Origin: Octopus sinensis
Taxonomy: Eukaryota
Assembly (NCBI RefSeq): GCF_006345805.1
Contig: NC_043014.1
Location: forward strand, 34,720,001 to 34,784,000
DNA: 64,000 bases
Direction: 5' to 3'
Shown here: positions 1 to 11,470 of the stretch, piece after piece
Layout: each line of letters opens with the position of its first letter
Numbering within the stretch: the stretch's first letter is position 1
The notes under the pieces: model-generated
Told to the model about the DNA's origin: nothing
Databases searched by the model: none
Seen by the model: only the letters and a program-made list of their open reading frames with translations
Made by a program: the position numbers and the translations under genes

Positions 1-200
1 CACGGAACAAATAGGGTCTGCAATAAGGGTGGAACACTTGCAGAAAACAGCACTGCTTGGACCCGCTCAAATACTCCGGATCGTGCTAAAAAAATAAGTG
101 GTGTTACCTTAGTTCACTGGTAGTGAACAGTTGGCACCGTAGTACATCTCCAGCGTTAGAAGCTGTGCAAAGACAATAAAATAACAAGTATAATTATTAT
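1..200 (+). mobile_element. 3' end of an R4/Dong-type non-LTR retrotransposon
   Basis: Frame 2 reads EQIGSAIRVEHLQKTALLGPAQILRIVLKK*, matching the LQKxxLLGTAxILRxVL C-terminus of R4/Dong elements. It is followed by a short UTR and an (ATT)/(GTT) simple-repeat tail. Confidence 0.7.
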
Positions 201-351
201 TGTTGTTGTTGTTGTTGTTGTTTCTTTTATTTGCCAAAGGGGTGTCTGATGGGACACATTACAAGGACAGTTTACAAATCATGTATGTGGTGATGGCTGT
301 GGTGGAGAGGGTTTATGTAAAAGAGCTGAGGAGAAAAAGGAGGAAGAGATA

Positions 352-632
352 AAGGGGGCTGTGTAGTAAGAAACTTACTTCCCAATCACAAGGTCCTGAG
401 TTCAGTCCAACTGAGTGACCCCTTGGGCACATATCTTCTACTATAGCCTCAGGTCAAACAAAGACTTGTGAATGGATTTGATAGACAGAAACTGAAAAGA
501 ATCCTATTGTATACATGTGTGTGTGTGTGTATGTGTTTGCATCCTCATAACTTAACAGTTTGGCAAAAGAGACTTATAGAATAAGTAGAAGACTTTAAAA
601 GGAAGTAAGTACTGGGGTCGATTCATTCAACT
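352..632 (+). mobile_element. tRNA-derived SINE (abundant family with internal TG/TA microsatellite), diverged copy
   Basis: Head GGCTGTGTAGTAAG...GAGTTCAGTCC, body ACTATAGCCTC...GAAACTGAAAAGAA and 3' GTACTGGGGTCGATTCATTC. The same structure recurs many times in the window. Confidence 0.8.
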
Positions 633-920
633 AAAAATTCTTCAGGGTGGCACAAGTAAAAAATTCTTCAAGGTGGTATGAGTAAAAATTCTTCAGGGTG
701 GCACAAGTAAAAAATTCTTCAGGGTGGCACAAATAAAAAATTCTTCATGGTGGCACAAGTAAAAAATTCTTCAGGGTGGCACAAGTAAAAAATTCTTCAG
801 GGTGGCACAAGTAAAAAATTCTTCAGGGTGGCACAAGTAAAAAATTCTTCAGGGTGGCACAAGTAAAAAATTCTTCAAGGTGGCACAAGTAAAAAATTCT
901 TCAGGGTGGCACAAGTAAAA
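633..920. repeat. 26-bp minisatellite, about 11 copies (AAAAAATTCTTCAGGGTGGCACAAGT)
   Basis: Directly visible tandem units with a few substitutions, at the SINE tail. Confidence 0.95.
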
Positions 921-1340
921 GATAAACGATAAAAGATTGTACAAAAATTATGTGAATAAATAGATGATGCAGTTCTTCTGATACAGGAAAGCTTCCAACA
1001 AGAGCCAATCAAGGAACCCTGAAAATCCAGGATCACTCAGACCATCAGAGTAACGAGCCCTCACCTAACTGTTGTTCTTCAAGCTACAGACACATCTTTA
1101 GAGTAGTTCCATTCACCCTAACCGTTTTTGCCTATGTCTCTCACCTTTTGACAAATTTGCAAGTTGAGAACACTTCCCTCTTTATCCACATTTTCTTTTC
1201 TGATTGGAACTTGAGGAAGTTAATAAGGGCTTGACTAAAGAGGTGTCTGAATTCAATCCCTTCAGCTTTGTCCACTACACAAGCTCTTTTACCATAACCA
1301 CTACATGGAGAAATACTACCTGTCTGGTATATTGAAAGGC

Positions 1341-1577
1341 AGGTGATAGGATACGTTAGCATGCCGGGTGAAATGCTTAGCGGTATTTTGTCTGCTGTTA
1401 CATTGTGAGTTCAAATTCCGCCAAGGTCGACTTTGCCTTTCATCCTTTCGGGGTCGATAAATTAAGTACCAGTTACGCACTGGGGTCGATATAATCGACT
1501 TAATACCTATGTCTGTCCTTGTTTGTCCCCTCTGCGTTTAGCCCCTTGTGGGTAATAAAGAAATAGGTGATAGGATA
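1341..1577 (+). mobile_element. Nin/Deu-domain SINE, 5'-truncated, with 13-bp TSD
   Basis: Core GACTTTGCCTTTCATCCTTTCGGGGTCGATAAATTAAGTACCAG. TSD AGGTGATAGGATA at 1341-1353 and 1565-1577. Confidence 0.9.
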
Positions 1578-2881
1578 ATCCTTTTGGTAGATTTGGTTGT
1601 TAACTGGATTTGTCCTTCACTCAACAACAACTTTTCAATATAATTTCATAAATCAGTAATGCTCAGACACTACATGAGTGTATATAGAAATTTTGTCATT
1701 CTACATGTATCTCAGGCAATTCTGACCAGTGGAACTTCTGTGCCTGTAAAGTTTATCTTGAACTAGTTGTGCTCGTTGGTAACACTGCTAGGCTAAAGAT
1801 TTCTGGAACTTACCCATAATAGAGTCTGGACTGAGGGTCATCTGAAACTGACCAGCTAGTTTCCCCTTGTCAATATCTAGAATTTTCCTCAGAACATCAT
1901 CACTCTTGTTCACCCTGTAATGGAATGGTTACCGGAATGTAACAGTTATTGTCTATGCTGAAACAAAGATGGTGATGTTGACTCCAGCAAAAGAAAGACG
2001 TTATCCGAAGTTGTAAATAACATATTTATTTCTCCATTACATATATTCATTTCCCAACCTTGACGGCCAGGTGTGTATAAAATAAATCAGGTAAAAGAGA
2101 GTTGTATTTTCTTGTATGAGAGTGTATGGCTTTAAGTTTACATATTCTTGTCGTTCTAGCAAGAGGAATGAGATAGACAGAGTGATGTTTGTAAGAATGG
2201 CGCTAGTAAACAAGTGAGAGACAGGAGAGGGAAGATGTATGGTGAAACATCATAGCTGCCACTTGCCACACAGGATTGCTTTCTCTCTCCCTCTGTCTGG
2301 TCTACCTGCAACTGCTTGTATTCATAAGTATGCAGACCAGCTAGAAAAACAGGTATACCATTGTAACTGTGATTAGCCTCCTGTTGGGTAACTTATTTTA
2401 TTTATTTAAACTCTTTGTAGCCTAGAAGGGTTATGGATCAAGATGAAAATGCATCAATCAAATGATGTTGTCCCTTGACAGGACAATAAGGCTGTATAGT
2501 TAAGGAGAAATCTACTGATTCAGTTTCGAAACTCAGGTAGGGCGAAGCGAAATCTCTACATTATTCCCCACAAGAGAGTTTCTAAGAAAAAGAAATGAAT
2601 GATCTAGGAAAGAAATATGAGTAAAGGACAAAGCTCTCACAAAACATAGGACCTATGCAGCTGTATGCACAAAGAAAATGCAAAAAAAAATGTATATACA
2701 GTTATACAGAAACAAATGAATGTATGTCAAAAACTGATGAAGCAGAAATGGAAAAAATGCAACATTTCAGGCCCAAAGTGAAAAATCAATGTTCAGAATT
2801 GTGTAACATGTCAGTGTGGATGGGTGTGATGCAAGGCTGAGGCAGTAGGCTAGTGCAGTGATTACAAATACAGTTCTGAAT

Positions 2882-3960
2882 ATGCCAGTGACTGAGGCAG
2901 TACAGAATATGCCAGTGACTGAGGTAGTGCTGAATATGCCAGTGACTGAGGCAGTGCAGAATATGCCAGTGACTGAGGCAGTGCAGAATATGCCAGTGAC
3001 TGAGGTAGTGCTGAATATGCCAGTGACTGAGGCAGTGCAGAATATGCCAGTAATTGAGGCAATGCTGAATATGCCAGTGACTGAGGCAGTACAGAATATA
3101 TCAGTAACTGAGGCAATGCTGAATATGCCAGTGACTGAGGCAGTGCAGAATATGCCAGTGACTGAGGCAGTGCAGAATATGCCAGTGACTGAGGCAGTGC
3201 AGAATATGCCAGTGACTGAGGCAATGCTGAATATGCCAGTGACTGAGGCAGTACAGAATATGCCAGTGACTGAGACAGTACAGAATATGCCAGTGACTGA
3301 GGCAGTACAGAATATGCCAGTAACTGAGGCAATGCTGAATATGCCAGTGACTGAGGCAGTACAGAATATGCCAGTGACTGAGACAGTACAGAATATGCCA
3401 GTACTGAGGCAGTACAGAATATGCCAGTGACTGAGGCAGTACAGAATATGCCAGTGAATGAGGCAGTGCAGAATATGCCAGTGACTGAGGCAGTACAGAA
3501 TATGCCAGTGACTGAGGCAGTACAGAATATGCCAGTGACTGAGGCAGTACAGAATATGCCAGTAACTGAGGCAATGCTGAATATGCCAGTGACTGAGGCA
3601 GTACAGAATATGCCAGTGAATGAGGCAGTGCAGAATATGCCAGTGACTGAGGCAGTACAGAATATGCCAGTAACTGAGGCAATGCTGAATATGCCAGTGA
3701 CTGAGGCAGTACAGAATATGCCAGTGACTGAGACAGTACAGAATATGCCAGTGACTGAGGCAGTACAGAATATGCCAGTAACTGAGGCAATGCTGAATAT
3801 GCCAGTGACTGAGGCAGTACAGAATATGCCAGTGACTGAGACAGTACAGAATATGCCAGTGACTGAGGCAGTACAGAATATGCCAGTGACTGAGGCAGTA
3901 CAGAATATGCCAGTGACTGAGGCAGTGCAGAATATGCCAGTGACTGAGGCAGTGCAGAAT
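2882..3960. repeat. 27-bp minisatellite, 40 copies, with higher-order structure
   Basis: Unit ATGCCAGTGACTGAGGCAGTACAGAAT. One unit near 3400 carries a 1-bp deletion (40x27-1 = 1079 bp). Confidence 0.97.
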
Positions 3961-4504
3961 ATTCCAGCTGATGCAAGAGGTGTTAAATGTCTTGAAATGA
4001 GCAGTAGCGAAAGTGTAGCATGCTGGCATGTTGTAAAGGGCAAACAACTCCCTGCTTAAAATACGTGACAGATGAAGGGTCCAATAGAGGTAAGTTGTGT
4101 CTACAATGGCACAGAGAGCATGAGAAAGAAGTGAGAAAGGCATGTGGTGTGGTGCATGAATGTGACAGTGTAAGCATGCAGGCATATGTCTGAAAATAAG
4201 AAATTTTTGTGAACAAAATATAATATAGTCAAAACATATGAACAAGGAGAAAAGGGTCCTGAAAAGTGAAAATAAACCTGCATAAATGCAAAGCAAAATA
4301 TTCAAACAATGGAAAAAACATGAATGCATCAAGAAAAAGAATATGACAAATGCAATTTTGCTTATCTAAGCACAAACAAAACACAACTCATATTGCACAT
4401 ATTTTATACAGCAGATGGAGCATTCAATATGAGTTCTTTCTATTGGTTTTGTTGACTCATCGGTCTATGATTACAATGATAATGACATTGAAGGTGGTGG
4501 TGGT

Positions 4505-4538
<34 letters not shown>

Positions 4539-4544
4539 GCCCTG

Positions 4545-5095
4545 ATGCAGTACTAGGCAGTGGCTCTTGTGGCTTCTGATCTTAACTGATTGGAAGTGTT
4601 ATCATGTACATTGTTCTGTCTTGGTAAAGAAGATGGGCTACTGCAAATATTCTGCTCAGTACCACAGATTTGCTTGTCAGTTGTTTGACCTTAACCAGTT
4701 GAGCATGTCCCTTTGTGGCTGACGATATGTGCATCTCTGATCATGAGCAGAAGTATGGGGGGGGGGGCATCATAGCTATGTGTTGAAAGAAATTCTTTGG
4801 GGTTTGGATAATACACCTTTGGAAACATGGGTGTTTCATTCAACATCCTTAAACAACCCCTATTCAGGGATTTTTGAGCAGGATGGGCTACTTGACCTGA
4901 AGAAAATTTGAACTAGGTCCCACCTGCAAGGTCATGCGCTATTTATCTTGATATGAAATCGCCATGTTGTGCACATATGGTTGTAATGCATGTGCCTGGT
5001 GTACCCTTATCAGATGGGTAGTCATAATGGGTATATTGGGCTTTGTATATTTTACTCCAGTGTCACTTTGATGGCACACACTGCTCTCTCACTCA
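4545..5095 (-). mobile_element. Unclassified dispersed repeat (about 550 bp) flanked by (AAT)n
   Basis: A homologous copy lies in the opposite orientation at about 9285-9585 (e.g. GCCCAGTTAGAATTTTCTT...GGGACATG(C/T)TCAA...CTGACAAGCAAATCT). Both ends abut AAT repeats. Confidence 0.7.
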
Positions 5096-5390
5096 ATAAT
5101 AATAATAATAATAATGATAATAAAAATACAATATACAGATGGACTGCAATGGGTTTACAATGAGCAAAAAGATGTCAACAAAAATAAAAGATAACAATAA
5201 AAAAATACAACAAAATTCAAGAAAATTTGGCAGAAACCACACACAAAGTCTCACATTATTCTACCATATCCAAGGCATCAAAAGTACTCTTTCCTTCTAC
5301 TTAGAAAATCAGTCAGACTTTTCAGCTTCGCCAGTCTTACCACTCTTATCCATACCATATTCCAATAAACATAATAAAACACCACACCTT

Positions 5391-5427
<37 letters not shown>

Positions 5428-6012
5428 TTCTCCTTTCACTGCCTTGTCAATTAGGCACTTGGGAAGATAATGGGAGCTAGGTAACAAAAGAAAATACCAA
5501 TCTTCAAACCTTTTATCTGAATCTTCCACATAACCTGTTTTACCATATCCACTAGGCAGAGAAAGAGAAGTCTCCATTCCCTGCCAAAAAAAGGTGGGGT
5601 GTAAATTTTCACTCCAGATTTAGTGGACAGTCAGATTCGTCCCACATGTGGCAGTAGCTGTGACACATGCCCACAAGTTGTTAATGCACAGACACTGAGC
5701 AAAGGTATGAAGGAGACATTCCTTCCTCTGCATGCATGTCAGACAAGTTCAATTGTTGGGCCTTCCATGCCTATATAGCTTATATTGAACAGGTAATCCC
5801 CTTCCTCCCCTGTAAAACTAAGTCAAGGATTTTTGGAAGTTGTCTCTGACCTGAAAGTATGTCTGGAAAAACTGCTCAGACTTTCCTCATTGACACTCAG
5901 AGTCACTCCCAGAACATACTCTCTAGTAGTCTTCTAAAGATATCAAGAATTATTTTCCAGTTGATGGCATTGTCTAACTGGTAGAGAGCTGAGAAAGCCT
6001 GGTTTCAATCTA

Positions 6013-7287
6013 TCAAGTAATCCCATAAGTTCTGTCCGAATTTTGAATAAAGAAAACAAATGATCAAATGTTAAATTTAATTGAAATTTAATCATCATGT
6101 ACTTTCCCTGATTATCTATGACTTCCTTCCATCCATTTACAAGCTTTTTAATCCAATCAATGTAAAACTCTTTTGGTTTCAAAGCAAAGAACTCTGAAAT
6201 GTTAGTTTCGACCTCCTCCTGGCTTGCGAAAGTTATGTCCCCCAAATGATTCTGTAAACTACAAAACAAATGTTAGTCTAAAGGAGCAAGTTTCGGGAGA
6301 ATAAGGTGGGTGAGGAATTTTTTCCCAACCAAGCTCTTCGATCTTCTGTGATGTGATCTTTGCAGTATGGGGTCACGCATTGCCCTGATGAAACATCACT
6401 CCTTTTTGATTCACTAAAGCGGGTCTTTTTTCCTCAAAGATTGGTTCAAATGCTCTAATTACTGACAGTAGACTTGAGCATTGATTGTTGCATTAGGTGG
6501 TAACAATTGAAAGTGAATTACTCCTTTGCAATCCCGCCAGATAGAGAGAAGAGCTTTTTTCCCATGAAGTTCCCTTCTCGGTTATGGTTGAGTTTTTTCC
6601 CTTTTACCAAGCCACTGTTTATGACATTGAACATTTCAATAGAAGATCCATTTTTCATCACCAGTCACAAGGCTATCCAAAAAGGGTGAACTGAGTTCAT
6701 GAGAATGGAGAGAAGAGCAGATGTCAACTCGGGATTTGCAGTTGCTTTCAAACAATTCATGAGGCACCCATTTTCCAAGTTTAGGAACCTTTCCAAGTTG
6801 TTGAAGATGACGATGAATAGTTGTATGGTTTGAACTAAGCTTTATTGCCATTTCTTCAACTGATAATGCAGGATTTTCTTCAAGGAGCTTATCATCAAAC
6901 TCAATTGGACATCCTGTTCTATCTTCATCTTCAAGGCTGAAATCTCCACTTCTGAATTTTGCAAACCATCTTCTGCAAGTTCTTTCATTCAAACATTCTT
7001 TCCCATAAACTGAGTGTATGTTTCGAGTTGCTTCAGCTGCAGAATTTCCTTTTTTATACTCATAAAGCATTATGCACCTTAAATGCTCTTTGGATACTTC
7101 CATGTTAGAAAGGGTTTTAATCAAAGAAATTTTAATTCTATTATTCTATAAAATAATATTTAATTAGTTTAAATGTACACAAATGCTTAAAAATTATTTT
7201 TAACTCCATTAGACATTCTAAAATACTATTAAATTTCTTTCAATTCTAAAAAAGGTAAAATTGGACAGAACTTATGGGATGACCTGA
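6013..7287 (-). mobile_element. Full-length (1275 bp) mariner-family DNA transposon, decayed
   Basis: TIRs TCAAGTAATCCCATAAGTTCTGTCC / reverse complement TCAGGTCATCCCATAAGTTCTGTCC, with TA at 6011-6012 and 7288-7289. Confidence 0.93.
6080..7124 (-). pseudogene. Mariner transposase pseudogene (frameshifts, stops, second catalytic D mutated to G)
   Basis: HTH N-terminus MEVSKEHLRCIMLYEY, WVPHEL and VTGDEKWIFY motifs, then FHQGNA*PH and PYSP..LAPLD*HLF in shifted frames. Confidence 0.9.
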
Positions 7288-7384
7288 TACAAAATTTTGT
7301 TTAAAAGATTGGTACCAGGCTGCCAGTACTTATCACACAGATGCATGAGAGGAGTGAGTGTAATGTATCAGTGTCTTGCAAAGA

Positions 7385-7560
7385 CCCACTACACTTTCAA
7401 GGTGGTTGGTGTTAAGAAGGGCATCCAGCTGTAGAAACACTATCAGATCAGATTGGGGCCTGGTGCAGCCTCCTGGCTTCCCAGACCCCAGTCGAACCGT
7501 CAAACCCATGCCAGCATGGAAAACGGACGTTAAACAATGATGATGAAGATGATGATGATC
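7385..7560 (+). mobile_element. RTE-associated 3' tail module ending in (GAT)n
   Basis: GAAGGGCATCCAGCTGTAGAAAC...CCCATGCCAGCATGGAAAACGGACGTTAAA(CAA)TGATGATG. The same module recurs more than 10 times in the window. Confidence 0.8.
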
Positions 7561-8079
7561 TTTTAGCTTTTATGTGGTTCAGTCATTGGAATACAGCCAT
7601 ACTGAAGCACTACATTGAAGAGTTTCACTTAATATATGAATATAGAAAATTAATTTACATTAACTATAGTGATCCCTAGTTAATCACCCTTAGTCCCACC
7701 TTTGCTACCATCAGACAGACTTAAACTATACTTCTATTGTAACAATCAATAATGCAACAAATTGTCAGAATGCCACACACCACAGTATGTGATATCTCCT
7801 AAACAGAATTTAATGATTGAATCACAAAATAAGCAAATGAACAAATAAAGAGAGTCAGATTAGATTAATTGCCATGCAAAATACACAAGTAGCTAGATTT
7901 TCTGCATTTTAAATAAGTACTGATTATACAGAGGTGAGAAGATGATAAATATAATTAGATATTGTACTTTATAGATTACTGTAGATAGAGTAGTTAGATG
8001 AAGTGGAGAAATTGCTATGATTAATTAGTCTCTATGCCTGTTGTTGTGACTGAATACTTTAGACATAAGTATGTGATTG

Positions 8080-8430
8080 TTAGCTCAAGAACACAATGCG
8101 TCACCCAGTCCAGGAATTGAAACCATAATCTTATGATCATGATGCTGACACCCTAACCACTAAGCCACGCGCCTACACTAAATGCGCCCTTTTAAAGCCT
8201 AGCCAGGCTCATGGGCCCAGTTTCCAGGTTTCTATGGCAAATGTGTTTCCCAGCTGGACGGGACACCAGTCTATCACAGCGATACTCATTTTTGCCAGCT
8301 GAGTGGACTGGAGCAACGTGAAATGAAGTGTTTTGCTCAAGAACACAATGTGTCACCCAGTTCAGGAATCGAAACCACAATCTTACGATCATGGTGCTGA
8401 CACCCTAACCACTAAGGCACACGCCTCCAC
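8080..8430 (-). mobile_element. tRNA-derived SINE with V-domain-like core, plus an adjacent second head
   Basis: Reverse complement has A-box GCCTTAGTGGTTAG, B-box GGTTTCGATTCC and GCTGTGATAGACTGGTGTCCCGTCCAG. A second head lies at 8080-8175. Confidence 0.7.
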
Positions 8431-8758
8431 ATGCAATAAGATACTGACTTACAAATACTGATTTCTTACATAGGTACTTGGCCTCAAATTGAGGGATGGG
8501 TATAATTGATTATATTAACTCCAGTACTTCATTAATGTTTTATTTTATCAACCCGCAAAGGGATAAAGAGCAACATTCACTCTGGTGTAAAAGGCTATAT
8601 TGAACTCAAAACGTAAAAGGCTATATTGAAATACTGATCTTACAATCTAGCATTTACCATTATTCATAATAATAATAATCCTTTCAGTATAGAGACAAAA
8701 CCTGAAATTTTGGGGGAAGGGGCTAGTCAATTGCATTGACCCCCAGTGCTTGACTGGT

Positions 8759-9074
8759 ACTTATTTTGTTGTGGAGGCACATGGCCCAGTGGTTAGAGCA
8801 GTAGACTCGCGGTCGAGGGATCGCAGGTTTGAATCTCAGTCCGGGCAATGTGTGTGTTTATGAGCGAAACACCTAAGCTCGACGCGGCTCCGGCAGAAGG
8901 TAATGGTGAACCTCTGCTGACTCTTTCACCACAACTTTTTCTCTCTCTTACCTCCTGCATCTTGCAGCTCACCTGCGATGGACCGGCGTCCTGTCCAGGT
9001 GGAGAACCTATACGCCACAGAAACCAGGAAACCGGCCCTAATAAAACAGGCATAGCTCGAGAAGGAACTTATTT
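8759..9074 (+). mobile_element. tRNA-derived V-domain SINE inserted into a minus-strand Nin-SINE
   Basis: A-box TGGCCCAGTGGTTAG, B-box GGTTTGAATCTC and V-like CTGCGATGGACCGGCGTCCTGTCCAGG. 8-bp TSD ACTTATTT at 8759-8766 and 9067-9074. The host Nin-SINE continues on both sides. Confidence 0.75.
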
Positions 9075-9764
9075 CATTCACCTGCAAAAGGACGAAAGGC
9101 AAAATTGGTGGAATTGGAACATAAATGTAGAAGAAATGCCATTAAGTATTTTGTCCAGAATGCTAATGATTCTACCAGTTCATTGCCTTAAATGGTTTCA
9201 AATTTTGGCACAAGGTCAGTAACTTTTGAGGGGAGGTGGAAGGTCGATTACATCAGAAGTATGAAATGATACTAAGCAGTTTGTCCAGGTGGGGGCCCAG
9301 TTAGAATTTTCTTTAGGTCAGCTAGCCCATCCTGTTCAAAAGTTCCTGAATAAGGATTGTTTAAAAATGATAAACAAAATGCCCATGTTTCCAGGGGTGA
9401 ATTGTTCAAACCCCAAAGAATCCCTCTTAACACATGGTTATGATGCTCACCCAGTACTTCTATTCGTCATAAGAGATGCACATACTATCAGCTACTAAGG
9501 GACATGTTCAAATGGTTATGGTCAAGCAGCTGACAAGCAAATCTATGGTACTGAGTAGACCATTTAATGTAGCCCGTCTTTTACAATTATTATTATTATT
9601 TTTTACTTTTAATCTGCATGCTTGTTACAATCACTTGCTGAGATACACTCAGAATCCTGGGGTGAGTGAAGGATAAGAGATGTTACAGTTTGACTGAAAG
9701 CTTGGGGAGGGAAAGTGACAAGGGCAGTAGCAAAATATCTTCATGTAATAAAACACAGACATTT

Positions 9765-10435
9765 AAATGGATAGGGTTTTTCTAAGGATGTGGGCAGTAC
9801 TTGTCAGCACAATCTTTTGGATTTCTCTGAGACATGGTTCTCCTGGGTCTTATCTAGATGTTTCTGACTTCCCTTTTTATCATTCCTAGGGCACCTACAA
9901 TAACAGGAACAGTTCTCACTTTAAGATGCCACATCTATTGTATTTCAATTTCTAGGCCCTTATATTTACTTAATTTGTCAGATTCCTTTACAGATATATT
10001 TTTATCAGTGGAAGCACTTCCATCTGTTAGTCTACAAATGTTTTCTTTCCTGTCTTTAATAATTATGTCTGGGCGATTAGCCTGGATCATTCTGTCAGTG
10101 TTGACTGGAAAATCTCAGAGGATAGTGATATTTTAACCTTCAACAACTGGCTTGGGGTGATGTTCATACTAGTAAGCAAGAGTGCTGATTTTGTAGTGTT
10201 TACGTATTTTCCAATATAAATACTGTCCTACCCTATCATGGTGATTTTTGTATTCATTTGATGTCAGCACAGGATATCCTGAGACGAGATGGTCTATTAT
10301 TTTGTCAAATGTGTTGCAGAATCTGCATTTAGAGTCACAACCGTTTTGACTGCTGCTATAGAAGATGACCCTGTGGTCTGACGACAGTTCAGGACCTTTA
10401 ACCTGTGTTTTAAATAATTGTAATCGCACTTCTGC
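9765..10435 (-). mobile_element. R4/Dong LINE 3' fragment (zinc knuckle plus restriction-like endonuclease)
   Basis: Minus strand reads SKCRFC...IDHLVSG...HDRVGQYLYWKI, then DRMIQANRPDIII...KLSKYKGLEIEI...VPVIVGALG...IQKIVLTSTAHILRKTLSI* with frameshifts. Confidence 0.85.
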
Positions 10436-10555
10436 CCCTGGACTGTGATATATTTACCTAACTATAATACATGCACACACACACACACATACACATGCAC
10501 TCATATATTTTATATATAGAGGGGGGAGAGGGGGAGATACACATGCATATACACC

Positions 10556-11045
10556 TGTCTAGTTAAAAGTTTGCTACCCAGCCATATGGCTCTGGGTTTA
10601 GTCTCACAGTGTAGTACCATGGGCAAGTTTTCTTCTACTATAGCCTCAGACCAACCAAAGACTTGTGAACTGATTTGGTAGACAGAAATTGAAAGAAGCC
10701 CATTGTATATGTGCATGTGTGTGTGTGTATGTGTGTATGTGTGTGTGCATGTGTGTGTGTGAGTGTTTGCATGTGTGCGTGTGTGTGTACGTGTGTGTGC
10801 ATATGTGTGTGTGTGTGCGCGCGCGTGCGTGTGTCTGTGTGTCTTTGTGTTTGTGTTTATCCCCCACTGCCATATGACAACTTGTGTTGGTGTGTTTATA
10901 TTCCCATAACTTAATGGTTCAGGAAAAGAGACCAATAGAGACCAGGCTTAAAAAATATATCCTGGGATCAATTCATTTTACTAAAATTCTTCAAGGCTGT
11001 GCCCCAGCATGGCAGCAGTATAACGACTGAAACAAGTAAATTATA
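10556..11045 (+). mobile_element. tRNA-derived SINE with expanded internal (TG)n
   Basis: Same body and tail as the other copies, ending GACTGAAACAAGTAAA. Confidence 0.8.
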
Positions 11046-11339
11046 AAAGATATATATATATATCAGCATGCATACACACATATATACATACAAATATACA
11101 TCAGAACTGAAAATGATTGTATAGTAGATTTGGAAATCTGAAGGTTGCTTGTACATGGTTTTATTCATTATGGAGTAATTTGTGTCACAAAATACTTTTG
11201 TTCAGCCACAAGAAGTCAAGGATGATTGAAGGTAGCAGTCTACCATAGCCTGTCTCAACAAGCTTTGGACTTTAAATGATGAGGATGATGATGTATGTAT
11301 GTGTATGAATGTGTCTGTATTTATGTGTGTGTATGTGAA

Positions 11340-11470
11340 TGTATGCATGCATGCATGTATGTATGTATGTATGTATGTATGTATGTATGTATGTATGTAT
11401 GTATGTATGTATGTATGTATGTATGTATGTATGTATGTATGTATGTATGTATGTATGTATGTATGTATGT
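11340..11470. repeat. (TATG)n tetranucleotide microsatellite, about 30 units
   Basis: Directly visible. Confidence 0.97.

Noticed and set aside
1000-1900. Possible Ty3/Gypsy integrase relic on the minus strand (RVNGTTLKM, LAGQF), and NCVTCQ near 2800
   Set aside because: Only scattered 3-6 residue resemblances across stops and frames. Cannot be supported without an HMM search.
1998-2250. Possible solo LTR
   Set aside because: The start is CG rather than TG, no TSD was found, and there is no second copy in the window.
2882-3960. CRISPR-like array (also 633-920)
   Set aside because: Units are head-to-tail with no unique spacers, there are no cas genes, and the context is eukaryotic.
2767-4332. 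Long ORFs (521, 393 and 291 aa) over the 27-bp array
   Set aside because: The unit has no stop codon in any minus frame, so long ORFs arise automatically. All three minus frames are open, which indicates an artefact.
8770-8845. tRNA genes at SINE heads (also the other SINE copies)
   Set aside because: A and B boxes are present, but there is no complete cloverleaf or acceptor stem, and the sequence continues into SINE bodies.
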